A DNA stretch of 54,042 bases from Paracoccaceae bacterium. Lineage in GTDB: Bacteria; Pseudomonadota; Alphaproteobacteria; Rhodobacterales; Rhodobacteraceae. Positions within the stretch are counted from its first letter, which is position 1. Every line of letters starts with the position of its first letter. Where the stretch lies: contig JAAEUB010000174.1 of the NCBI GenBank assembly GCA_024227755.1, forward strand, positions 1 to 54,042. Direction: 5' to 3'. Of this stretch, positions 38,159 to 46,676 are shown one piece after another. The notes under the pieces were generated by a model that saw nothing but the letters and a program-made list of their open reading frames with translations, had not been told where the DNA came from and searched no databases. The position numbers and the translations under genes are program-made.

Positions 38159-39234
38159 GATTTGCGCGCCGATTCCGGTCCGTGCGGGTGCTTGGCATGC
38201 GGGTATTCAGCGTGGTGATGATGCCCGTGATCGTGGTCATGATGATGGTCATGATCGTGATGATGATGGTCGTGGTCCATATCCAACCGGCATTCGCCGG
38301 TGCAGAAATCCGCGCAGAGATCGCAATCGGCAACATTAGACCCAGGCGCTGACGCGCCCTGACCTTCAACATGGTGATGATGGCTTTCCTGCACCGCGCC
38401 AACCTCGGCTTCAAAACCTAAAACCTGACTGCGGTATTTGCATGTCCCGCATGTGGGCGGAACCTCGTCGCCAAGCTGTTCGGTAATGCGCTCGGCAAAG
38501 GTTTCCAGCACTTTCGGGTGATCGTTCAGATAACCGGCTTTGACGAACTGGATATCCGGATTTTCAGCCGCCACCCGGTCGGTAAAACCATATATCCGGT
38601 CAATCAGAATACCGGTGAACAGGAAATACGGGAACACGATGATACGCTTGTATCCAAGGCGCGCCGCGTGGGTCAGGCACGGTTCGACCAGGGGAAAGGT
38701 CACGCCGGAATAGCCAACCTCAAGCCAGCCAAAGCCCATGCCTTCCTGCAGCATCCGCGCCACCTTGGCGACATTGCCATTGGCATCCGGATCACTGGCG
38801 CCACGACCGATGACAACCAGACAGGTTTCTTCCAGAGCCACCTTTCCCTGCGCGTCGTTCGCGGCCTCAACCGCTTCACTTACCCGCGCACCCGCGGCGG
38901 CAATCATGCGCGGATCAACCCCAAGCTCGCGGCCATAAGAAACCTCGATCCCATGTTTTATCGCATAGGTATTTAGAACCGTGGGAATGTCGTTCTTGGT
39001 GTGCATCGCGGCAAATAACATGCCCGGCACCGCCACGATACGTTCACACCCGGCATCGCGCAGTTTATCCAGCCCGTCGCGGATCACCGGATTGGCAAAT
39101 TCAAGGTAACCGTATTCGCACAGCCAATCATCCGGTAGCAAAGCCGGCAGTTTTTCCGCCAGCACCGAAAATTCATCAACCGCTGCCTGAGACCGCGAAC
39201 CGTGGCCGCAGATCATCACACCAACTTTTGCCAT
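38155..39234 (-). CDS. cbiX: Sirohydrochlorin cobaltochelatase, long form (CbiX-L) with Cys-rich and poly-His C-terminal extension
   Basis: MAKVGVMICGHGSRS... duplicated CbiX fold (second half VVIGRGASDPDANG). C-terminal TCGTCKY...DCDLCADFCTGEC, then DHDHHHHDHDHHHDHDHGHHHH. Start trimmed to ATG 39234. Confidence 0.85.
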   Translation of the reverse strand: MAKVGVMICGHGSRSQAAVDEFSVLAEKLPALLPDDWLCEYGYLEFANPVIRDGLDKLRDAGCERIVAVPGMLFAAMHTKNDIPTVLNTYAIKHGIEVSYGRELGVDPRMIAAAGARVSEAVEAANDAQGKVALEETCLVVIGRGASDPDANGNVAKVARMLQEGMGFGWLEVGYSGVTFPLVEPCLTHAARLGYKRIIVFPYFLFTGILIDRIYGFTDRVAAENPDIQFVKAGYLNDHPKVLETFAERITEQLGDEVPPTCGTCKYRSQVLGFEAEVGAVQESHHHHVEGQGASAPGSNVADCDLCADFCTGECRLDMDHDHHHHDHDHHHDHDHGHHHHAEYPHAKHPHGPESARKS

Positions 39235-39235
39235 C

Positions 39236-39403
39236 TTACGCGGCCCGCGCGCGCAAAACCCCGTAAAGAGCCGCCAGTGCAGCCGCGCCAACAGCGACAT
39301 AAGCCGCCATATGGTCATGCCCGGACTGGGCCGCCACATGACCGGTATGCGCCATTGCCGGTGCTGCGGTCATGCTCAGAAGTGTTACAAGGTAAAGTTT
39401 CAT
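39236..39403 (-). CDS. 55-aa His-rich mini-protein (signal peptide + one TM), resembling the N-terminus of HupE/UreJ Ni/Co transporters
   Basis: MKLYLVTLLSMTAAPAMA|HTGHVAAQSGHDHMAAYVAVGAAALAALYGVLRARAA. GAGAGGA Shine-Dalgarno. The stop lies 1 nt before the cbiX ATG. Confidence 0.5.
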   Translation of the reverse strand: MKLYLVTLLSMTAAPAMAHTGHVAAQSGHDHMAAYVAVGAAALAALYGVLRARAA

Positions 39404-39763
39404 GTCAGGTCCTCTCAAAATGGCCAAAAATGGGCGCAGAGAGGGCGCGTTCTTCAAACGATGCTGCGGCAGATCCCCTGTCTGGGTCGATCCTGAGCAG
39501 CCAACCTCTCTGGCCCGGCGGGCTTCGTCTGAGGTAGCTATAGGGCCCACCGAAAGAGGACGCAATCCACTTCGCGCCATTGTAAAGGGGAAATGCGACG
39601 CTGATTTCGTGTGCGGCTTCTTATTTTGAATAACGAACGGGTGCCGACACCCGACCGCGGGAAGCCCTGCAAATCGGGCAAATAGTTTGCTTGATGCTTG
39701 TATTGCAATATAGGTTCAAATGGAGTGCTGCGCGGATGGTGAAACAACAACCGGGATCGACAA

Positions 39764-41170
39764 ATGAGCACCTCGACGGACCTATATTATCTGTCTGCGA
39801 AAGACCTGGTTCAAAGCTACGCCACGGGCGATCTGTCACCCGTTGAGGTTACCGAAGCTGTGCTCCAACGGATCGAGACTGATAGTCCAAGATTTAACGC
39901 TTTTTGCCTGATTGGCCCTGAAAGTGCCCTGGAATCTGCCCGCCAATCGGAACGAAGATGGCGGCAAGGTGAACCGTGCGGGCTGATTGACGGCGTTCCG
40001 GTAACGGTGAAGGACCTTGTTTTGACCAAGGGCTGGCCGACGCTTCGGGGTAGTCGCAGTATTGATCCGGCAGGCCCCTGGGACGAGGATGCACCGGCCA
40101 CCGACAAATTGCGCAAACATGGTGCGGTCATCGTCGGTAAAACGACGACCCCGGAATTTGGTTCGAAAGGCGTCACAGAAAGCCCACTTTCCGGCTCAAC
40201 CCGAAATGGATGGAATGACAGCCGCACCTCTGGCGGCAGCAGTGGAGGTGCCGGAACCGCGGCAGCACGAGGTTACGGAGTGCTTCACATCGGGACAGAT
40301 GGCGCAGGCTCGGTTCGCATCCCGGCGTCATTCAGCGGGATATTTGGGCTGAAGCCAACATTTGGGCGTGTTCCAATGTTCCCGCCAAGCCCCCTTGGCA
40401 CGGTTTCGCATATTGGTCCGATGACGCGTACGGTCGATGACGCGGCGCGTATGATGACGGTGATGGCAGAGCCTGATGGCCGCGACTGGCACGCCCTGCC
40501 CTATGATGGTCGTATGTACCATGAAGGTCTTGAAAGGTCGCTCAAAGGGCTCAGGATCGCCTATTCCAATGACCTCGGATATGCCGAAGTTGACCCCGAA
40601 GTTGCCCGAAAATGCCGCAAATCTGTTGATCTGTTCGCCAAGGCCGGTGCTGAGGTCGAAGAAATAGAAGGTCCCCTTAACGATGACCCGGCATGGATCA
40701 CCGACCGGTTATGGTTTGCTGCCTTTTTGACCATTACCAAGGGCATGACCAGCAAACAGATTGACCTTATGGATCCACTGCTTGTCGGTATGTTGGAGCG
40801 TGCCCGGGAACTTAGCGTTGCCAGTCTTTTGCAAGCCCATACGGCAAGAGAGGAAGTAGCATTAAAACTGTGCCAAGTGCACAAGGATTACGACCTGTTA
40901 GTGACGCCGACCATGCCAATGACTGCCTTTGACGCAGGCCCGTTCAATCCGTGGGAAAGCCCGGACCCGGATGACTGGATCAAATGGTCGTCTTTCACTT
41001 ACCCGTTCAATCTGTCGCAACAGCCGGCCGCCTCGTGTCCTTGCGGGTTCAGCGCAGATGGCATGCCAGTTGGATTGCAGATCGTCGGGCCAAAATACGC
41101 GGATTACCTGGTGCTTCAGGCATCACGGATGTTCGAATTACTGGCCCCGTTCAGACTTCCAAGCGATTGA
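39764..41170 (+). CDS. Amidase (amidase-signature family)
   Basis: GGSSGGAGTAAARGYGVLHIGTDGAGSVRIPASFSGIFGLKPTFGRVP. 468 aa. Confidence 0.9.
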   Translation: MSTSTDLYYLSAKDLVQSYATGDLSPVEVTEAVLQRIETDSPRFNAFCLIGPESALESARQSERRWRQGEPCGLIDGVPVTVKDLVLTKGWPTLRGSRSIDPAGPWDEDAPATDKLRKHGAVIVGKTTTPEFGSKGVTESPLSGSTRNGWNDSRTSGGSSGGAGTAAARGYGVLHIGTDGAGSVRIPASFSGIFGLKPTFGRVPMFPPSPLGTVSHIGPMTRTVDDAARMMTVMAEPDGRDWHALPYDGRMYHEGLERSLKGLRIAYSNDLGYAEVDPEVARKCRKSVDLFAKAGAEVEEIEGPLNDDPAWITDRLWFAAFLTITKGMTSKQIDLMDPLLVGMLERARELSVASLLQAHTAREEVALKLCQVHKDYDLLVTPTMPMTAFDAGPFNPWESPDPDDWIKWSSFTYPFNLSQQPAASCPCGFSADGMPVGLQIVGPKYADYLVLQASRMFELLAPFRLPSD

Positions 41171-41707
41171 AAGCTCTGCCGCGATTGCAGCCTCGCAAAA
41201 AAATGCGGGTGCTCACATTTCTTTTCCCGATTATCCACTTGAGATTATCGGGCCCGATGCGGCTTTGACGGCACCATAGGCCGAGGCAATTGCCAGACCC
41301 GCCCCAAAACGCTGGCGCAACCAATCCTGACGCACCAGGATTGCGCTGGCGGTGAAAAGCCTTTTGTTGATAGGTTTAATACCTGACCCAATTGGGCGAA
41401 ACACTTCATCAGTTTTGACCCCGTCCCGGTTTATCGGATGCCCGGCACTGCACGGGGAATGGTCGGAATTTCAAACAGATTTGCGCCAATCAGGTGTTCC
41501 ATTTTCGCAAGTGTCACGTCGGTTTAACAACACAATCGCCCATGCCCGCCACTGATCATCAACTAAAGTCCGGTAAACGATATATTCGACGCCGTAGAGC
41601 TCACACCTGATGACGCAACGACTTATGTTATGGGACTTGACTGAAGCGAAGTACAAAGGTTGGGTGGACATAATATTTGATCAAGGACCCAAAAAGGCGA
41701 ACCACTG

Positions 41708-42349
41708 ATGACCAGCCGCCCCGGCGATGAAAAAACCCGTCAGCTGCATAACGTGTATGCCTCCAAAAGTGCGAATGAGACTGCGGGGATCTATGATGGC
41801 TGGGCCGTTGACTACGAGGCCCATATGGCGGGCGTCGGCTATTCGCATCCTGCGATGGTGGCCGCGATGCTGTGCCGCCATCAAAAGCCTGGGTCAGAGC
41901 CCTTGCTGGACGCAGGCGCGGGAACAGGGATCATGGCCGAGCTTTTGGACGCATTGGGATATTCATCAATTTTTGGCTTCGATGCTTCACCGGGAATGCT
42001 GAAACTGGCTGCTTCCCGAAATGCGTATGATGATCTCAGAATTGCACGACTGGGCGAGCCTCTTGAGTATGAAACCGACCAGTTTGCCGCCACGGTAGCC
42101 TCAGGCGTGTTTACCCAGGGCCATGCCCCCCTTGCCGGGCTCAAAGAGCTCACCCGTATCACCCGTCCGGGCGGTCACATCGTATTTTCCATCGCACGCA
42201 GCTATCTGGGAGAAGCCATAGAAACTCAGGCTAAAGAGCTGGAAGACGCCGGAAAATGGCAACTCGCAAGCACCACCAAGCGCTATGATTCAACACCGAT
42301 GGGCAATGATAGTCTGATGGCGCAGGTCTATGCTTTTCGCATAACCTAA
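41708..42349 (+). CDS. Class I SAM-dependent methyltransferase
   Basis: Motif I LLDAGAGTGIMAELL; 213 aa. Confidence 0.8.
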   Translation: MTSRPGDEKTRQLHNVYASKSANETAGIYDGWAVDYEAHMAGVGYSHPAMVAAMLCRHQKPGSEPLLDAGAGTGIMAELLDALGYSSIFGFDASPGMLKLAASRNAYDDLRIARLGEPLEYETDQFAATVASGVFTQGHAPLAGLKELTRITRPGGHIVFSIARSYLGEAIETQAKELEDAGKWQLASTTKRYDSTPMGNDSLMAQVYAFRIT

Positions 42350-42380
42350 GCCGGCTCACCCCAATTAAGGAAAACCGATA

Positions 42381-44030
42381 ATGGTCGAAATATCCGGCAA
42401 CAAGCCCAGCGTCGCCAATCTTGTGATCGACAGCCTCATAGCCAATGGCATTGATCAGCTATACTGCCTGCCGGGTTATCAAAATGACGCGTTCTTTGAT
42501 GCGCTTTATGACAAGCAGGATCAACTCACCCCCATTCAAACCCGCCACGAGCAGGGAGCGGCCTACATGGCCCTTGGTGCCGCTCTTGCCACGGGCAGAC
42601 CACAAGTGGCTTCGGTTGTACCTGGCCCGGGTTTTCTTAACAGCACCGCGGCGCTGGCTACTGCCTACAGCCTCTATGCCCCTGTGCTATCCCTCGTTGG
42701 TCAGAATCAAGTCGGGGAAATTGGCAAAGGGCTTGGGGCTTTGCACGATGTTCCTGGTCAGCTGGAGATGCTGAGGCATTTAACCAAACAGGCTGATCGT
42801 ATCACCAGCGGAGAGAACGCCGTCAATCTGATTGGGTCGGCCTTGTCGGCGTTGAAATCAGGGCTGCCGCGCCCGGTCGGGCTGGAAATGCCGATGGATA
42901 TCTTGACATCCCACTGCGAAACGCTGCCTGACACTTTGTTGGTTGAGCCTACAATTGCTGCGCTGCCCGAGCCTGGAGATCTTGATCGGGCTGTGCAGCT
43001 TCTAAAGACCGCTGCACGCCCGATGATCGTTGTCGGCTGCGGCGCGCAGGACACCAGCAAGGAAGTGACCTTGCTGGCTGAAATGCTGTCGGCACCCGTC
43101 TTGTCAATGCGTACCGGCCATGGGGTGGTTTCCAGCCGCCACCCGCTTAGTATCAGAACGCTTGAAGGATACGCTCTTTGGCCTGATTGTGATGTTGTGC
43201 TGGCGCTTGGCACCCGGCTTCAGACCCTGCAAATGGTTTGGGGGGTCGATGATGACCTGAAGATCATTCACGTCGAGATCAACCAAGAGGAACTTGGCCG
43301 CATCAACGCGCCCGAAGTCGGTCTTTTGGGGGATGTGGCTGCAATTGTGCCCGCACTTATTGCCGCCCTTGAAGGGCATGAAACGCAAAAGCAGGAATGG
43401 CTGGACAAGGTTACAGCCACAAAAGAACGCGTTGCCACCGAATACCGTAAGGAATTTGCGCCCCAGTTGGCGTGGTTGGACATCATTCGCGATGAACTGC
43501 CGGATGAGGGTATATTTGTCGAAGACCTGACACAGGTTGGCTATGTTTCACGTTTCGCACTTCCGGTCTATCAGCCGCGCACTTGTCTGACCCCGGGCTA
43601 TCAGGGCACGCTTGGCTGGGGTCTTGGTACCGGGCTGGGGGCAGCTCACGCCCGCCGGGATGTTCCGGTCGTTGCCATCATGGGTGACGGCGGCGCGTTA
43701 TTTTCAATCGGAGAGCTGGCAACCGCGGTGCATCACAATATTCCGCTGACAATTATCGTTTTCAACGACAACGCCTACGGAAACGTGCGGGGTTTTCAAA
43801 ATGATCGCTACAATGGCCGCACCATCGCCACCGACCTGACCAGCCCCAATTTTGCCGCGCTGGCCAAAAGCTTTGGTGTGGTAGGGCAAACAGCCACAAC
43901 GCCTTCGGAATTGCGAAATCACCTGCGTTCGGCAATTGCATCCGACGGCCCCACCCTGATCGAGGTTCCGGTCGGCACTTTCCCCTCGCCCTGGAGGCAT
44001 TTTCTTGCACCAAGAGTACGGGGAGCCTGA
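42381..44030 (+). CDS. Thiamine-diphosphate-dependent enzyme (acetolactate synthase large-subunit-like)
   Basis: N-terminal Pyr domain (HEQGAAYMALGAA). ThDP-binding motif GDGGALFSIGELATAVHHNIPLTIIVFNDNAYGNV. Confidence 0.85.
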   Translation: MVEISGNKPSVANLVIDSLIANGIDQLYCLPGYQNDAFFDALYDKQDQLTPIQTRHEQGAAYMALGAALATGRPQVASVVPGPGFLNSTAALATAYSLYAPVLSLVGQNQVGEIGKGLGALHDVPGQLEMLRHLTKQADRITSGENAVNLIGSALSALKSGLPRPVGLEMPMDILTSHCETLPDTLLVEPTIAALPEPGDLDRAVQLLKTAARPMIVVGCGAQDTSKEVTLLAEMLSAPVLSMRTGHGVVSSRHPLSIRTLEGYALWPDCDVVLALGTRLQTLQMVWGVDDDLKIIHVEINQEELGRINAPEVGLLGDVAAIVPALIAALEGHETQKQEWLDKVTATKERVATEYRKEFAPQLAWLDIIRDELPDEGIFVEDLTQVGYVSRFALPVYQPRTCLTPGYQGTLGWGLGTGLGAAHARRDVPVVAIMGDGGALFSIGELATAVHHNIPLTIIVFNDNAYGNVRGFQNDRYNGRTIATDLTSPNFAALAKSFGVVGQTATTPSELRNHLRSAIASDGPTLIEVPVGTFPSPWRHFLAPRVRGA

Positions 44031-44220
44031 ACTGGACCAGAAATGAGAGCTTACAAATTAGCCGATTTTGATTGAATTGATAACGTTGGCCAAGGGTGGG
44101 AGTTCGTTGCAATCAGCCGATTTTTTGGTCGAGGAGCAGGGTGTTCGCCGTTTTTTGTTTTTCTGCCTATCTAAGCGAATTGAGGGGGATTGTCGTTTCA
44201 TTCGACCCCTTAATGCGCAG

Positions 44221-46668
44221 CTAGCTTTTCACCCTAGCCGACTTGGGATCATAGAAGGGTTTCAGGGATGCTTTCGCCTGGTAATTTTTACAGCCGATCT
44301 CGATGGTGAACTCAGCGCCCTCGATCAGATCCGTGGTCACTCCATCTTCGTGCCTGACATATCCCATGCCAACTGCGGCGCCCAGATTGAACCCGTATGC
44401 GCCTGAGCTGAGATAGCCGACAATCTTACCGTTCATCCGGATCAGCTCGTCATGAAACAGCGCCGGTTCCGGGTCGGTCAGGATGAAATTGACCATGCGC
44501 TTTTTCAGGACCTTTCCGGCCTGGGGTAGCAATGCCTCGCGACCCAGAAATCCACCCGGTTTGTCCATCTTCACGATAAAGCCAAGCCCCGCCTCAAAAG
44601 GGGTATCATCAGGGGCCAGATCAAGCACAAATTCGCGGTAGGCGCGTTCACAGCGAAGATGTTCAAGCGCATGATACCCTGCTTGTACCAGGCCAAACCC
44701 CTTGCCCGCCGCCATGATGATATCATAGACGTCCTGCACAAATTCCGAGGGGATTTGCAGCTCCCAGCCCAGCTCACCGATGAACGTCTGGCGTTTTGCC
44801 AGCACGTGTGCGTAACCGATATCAATCTCCTGCGCAGTCATGAAGGGAAACACCTCATTCGACAGGTCTGTATCGGTGATTGATTGCAAAAGCTCGCGCG
44901 ACAATGGCCCCTGCACGTTCAACACCGAATAAGCGGCGGTAACATCGGTAAGGGTGACGTGCTGATCCGCCTTGATATGCGTCTGCATCCAGTTCATGTC
45001 ACGACTGTGAACGCCAGCCGATGAGTAGATGACAAAGCAATCCTGTGCCCTGCGGTCTATGGTGATATCGCATTCGATGCCACCCATGGTATTAAGCATG
45101 TGAGTATAGATCAGCTTGCCAACCGGAACGTCTATGTTGCTGACACAAAGCCATTGCAGGAAGGCGCATGCATCCCGACCCTGGACCATGGTTTTCCCGA
45201 ACGAGCTGATGTCCATAATCACAACCCCAGTGCGCGCAGCCCGGCATTCCGACGCCGTGTGTTCGTACCAGTTGGGTCGAAAGAAGGAATACTCGTTTTC
45301 CGGCTGCACACCTGCTGGGGCAAACCACATCGGGCGCTCCCATCCGGCGGTTTCTCCAAAGCAGGCACCAGCGGCAGTAAGCCGGTCATGCAAATGGCTT
45401 TTTCGGGCCGGGCGGGCGGTTTCATGTTCCTTGAACGGCCAGGGCATGTCAAAGATATTCCCTAGGGATTCCGGTGCCCGCGCCTTGAGGTAGTTGCGGT
45501 TGACCTGAAAGGGATTGAATCGCGCCACGTCATAGTCGATCAGGTCCATGTCCGGCGCGCCTTCGATAATCCAATGGGCCAGGGCACGCGAAATGCCGGG
45601 GCTGATTTCGAACCCTTCCGAGTTCAACCCCGCCGCGATGAAACAATTGCGCAATCCCGGAGCCTCGCCCAGACAGGGCAGATCGTCGGGGGTGAAGCTT
45701 TCAGGCCCGTTCATGAAACGGTTGATGCCGACATGCTCCAAGGCTGGCACCATTTCGATGGCTTTGGTATAGGGCAGTTCGAAGTGATCCCAGTCTTCCT
45801 GCATCTCGATAAAGCGTTGTTGCGCTGGAAGCTTTTCCACAGGCAGTGGTTTGCCGCGCGGTTCAAACGAACCGACCAACAGTTTACCTGCCTCCTCCTT
45901 CATATAAGTGTAGCCTTCGGTATCGCGCAGAACCGGCAGGTCGGGCACCACGAAATCCATCGCTTCGGTCACGACATACATATGCTCACAGGCAAAAAGC
46001 GGTACCCTTGCGCCCAGCCCGGCGGCCAGGTCGCGTGTCCACAGCCCGCAGGCCAGCACCAGCTTTTCGCATGTTATGGCACCGTTTGGTGTTTCAACCC
46101 GATACTCCCCGCTGGGCAAGCGCTCAAGGCCGTTGACGGGCGTTTCCTCAAAAATCCGGACTCCGCGCATTTTAGCCCCGCTGATCAGGGCGTTTACGGT
46201 ATCAACCGGGCTAAGCTGGCCGTCGCCGGGGATGAACATGCCACCGGCAACAAGGTTGGTGTCAAGGGCCGGGTACAGCTCTCCGACCTCGCTCGGTGTC
46301 AGCATCCTGGTTTCGATGTCAAAGCTTTTGGCGATGCTGGCGCGGCGCTGCATCTCGTGCACCCGGTCCATGTTGCGCCCGATCGCAAGGGTGCCGTTTT
46401 GTTTGAAACCCGTTGCCATGCCGGTATCTGCTTCGAGTTCCGGGTAAAACTTGGCGTTATAGCTGGCGATTTCAGTTGAAGTATGGCCACCGCGCAGTTG
46501 CATGATCAGCCCGGCCGCATGCCACGAGGTGCCACAAGTCAGGGTGCCGCGTTCCAGCAGAGCCACATCTTTTTCCCCGGCCAGTGCAAGCTGGTAGGCA
46601 ATGGAACTACCTACTACCCCACCTCCGACAATAACGATACGGGCATGTTCCGGTGGTGCCTTGCCCAT
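44221..46668 (-). CDS. FAD-dependent oxidoreductase fused to a GcvT-type folate-binding domain (dimethylglycine/sarcosine dehydrogenase family)
   Basis: 815 aa. N-terminal IVIVGGGVVGSSIAYQLA dinucleotide fold. The C-terminal ~400 aa is aminomethyltransferase-like. Starts 8 nt after the Mo-subunit stop. Confidence 0.85.
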   Translation of the reverse strand: MGKAPPEHARIVIVGGGVVGSSIAYQLALAGEKDVALLERGTLTCGTSWHAAGLIMQLRGGHTSTEIASYNAKFYPELEADTGMATGFKQNGTLAIGRNMDRVHEMQRRASIAKSFDIETRMLTPSEVGELYPALDTNLVAGGMFIPGDGQLSPVDTVNALISGAKMRGVRIFEETPVNGLERLPSGEYRVETPNGAITCEKLVLACGLWTRDLAAGLGARVPLFACEHMYVVTEAMDFVVPDLPVLRDTEGYTYMKEEAGKLLVGSFEPRGKPLPVEKLPAQQRFIEMQEDWDHFELPYTKAIEMVPALEHVGINRFMNGPESFTPDDLPCLGEAPGLRNCFIAAGLNSEGFEISPGISRALAHWIIEGAPDMDLIDYDVARFNPFQVNRNYLKARAPESLGNIFDMPWPFKEHETARPARKSHLHDRLTAAGACFGETAGWERPMWFAPAGVQPENEYSFFRPNWYEHTASECRAARTGVVIMDISSFGKTMVQGRDACAFLQWLCVSNIDVPVGKLIYTHMLNTMGGIECDITIDRRAQDCFVIYSSAGVHSRDMNWMQTHIKADQHVTLTDVTAAYSVLNVQGPLSRELLQSITDTDLSNEVFPFMTAQEIDIGYAHVLAKRQTFIGELGWELQIPSEFVQDVYDIIMAAGKGFGLVQAGYHALEHLRCERAYREFVLDLAPDDTPFEAGLGFIVKMDKPGGFLGREALLPQAGKVLKKRMVNFILTDPEPALFHDELIRMNGKIVGYLSSGAYGFNLGAAVGMGYVRHEDGVTTDLIEGAEFTIEIGCKNYQAKASLKPFYDPKSARVKS

Positions 46669-46676
46669 GTTTCCCC

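Noticed and set aside
38206-38285. Repetitive gtgatg/atgatg-type low-complexity DNA that looks like a short tandem repeat.
   Set aside because: It is the reverse complement of CAC/CAT/GAC codons encoding the His/Asp-rich tail of CbiX. It is coding low complexity, not a CRISPR array or a satellite.
39404-39763. A cobalamin riboswitch, expected in the leader of the cbiX-cob operon.
   Set aside because: Reading both strands I could not find the conserved core elements (GGGAA...GGTG...CC, CCCGC.ACTG, GCCACTG) or a good B12 box. Only ggggatctgcc weakly resembles the box. It is not called as a feature; an Infernal/Rfam scan would settle it.
44058-44131. The 10-mer agccgatttt occurs twice (44060-44069 and 44115-44124) in the convergent gap between the ThDP-enzyme and DMGDH-like genes.
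   Set aside because: This is a short, AT-biased repeat present only twice, in a region where no promoter is expected since both genes end here. It could be chance or terminator-associated T-tracts, and there is no further structure to support a feature.
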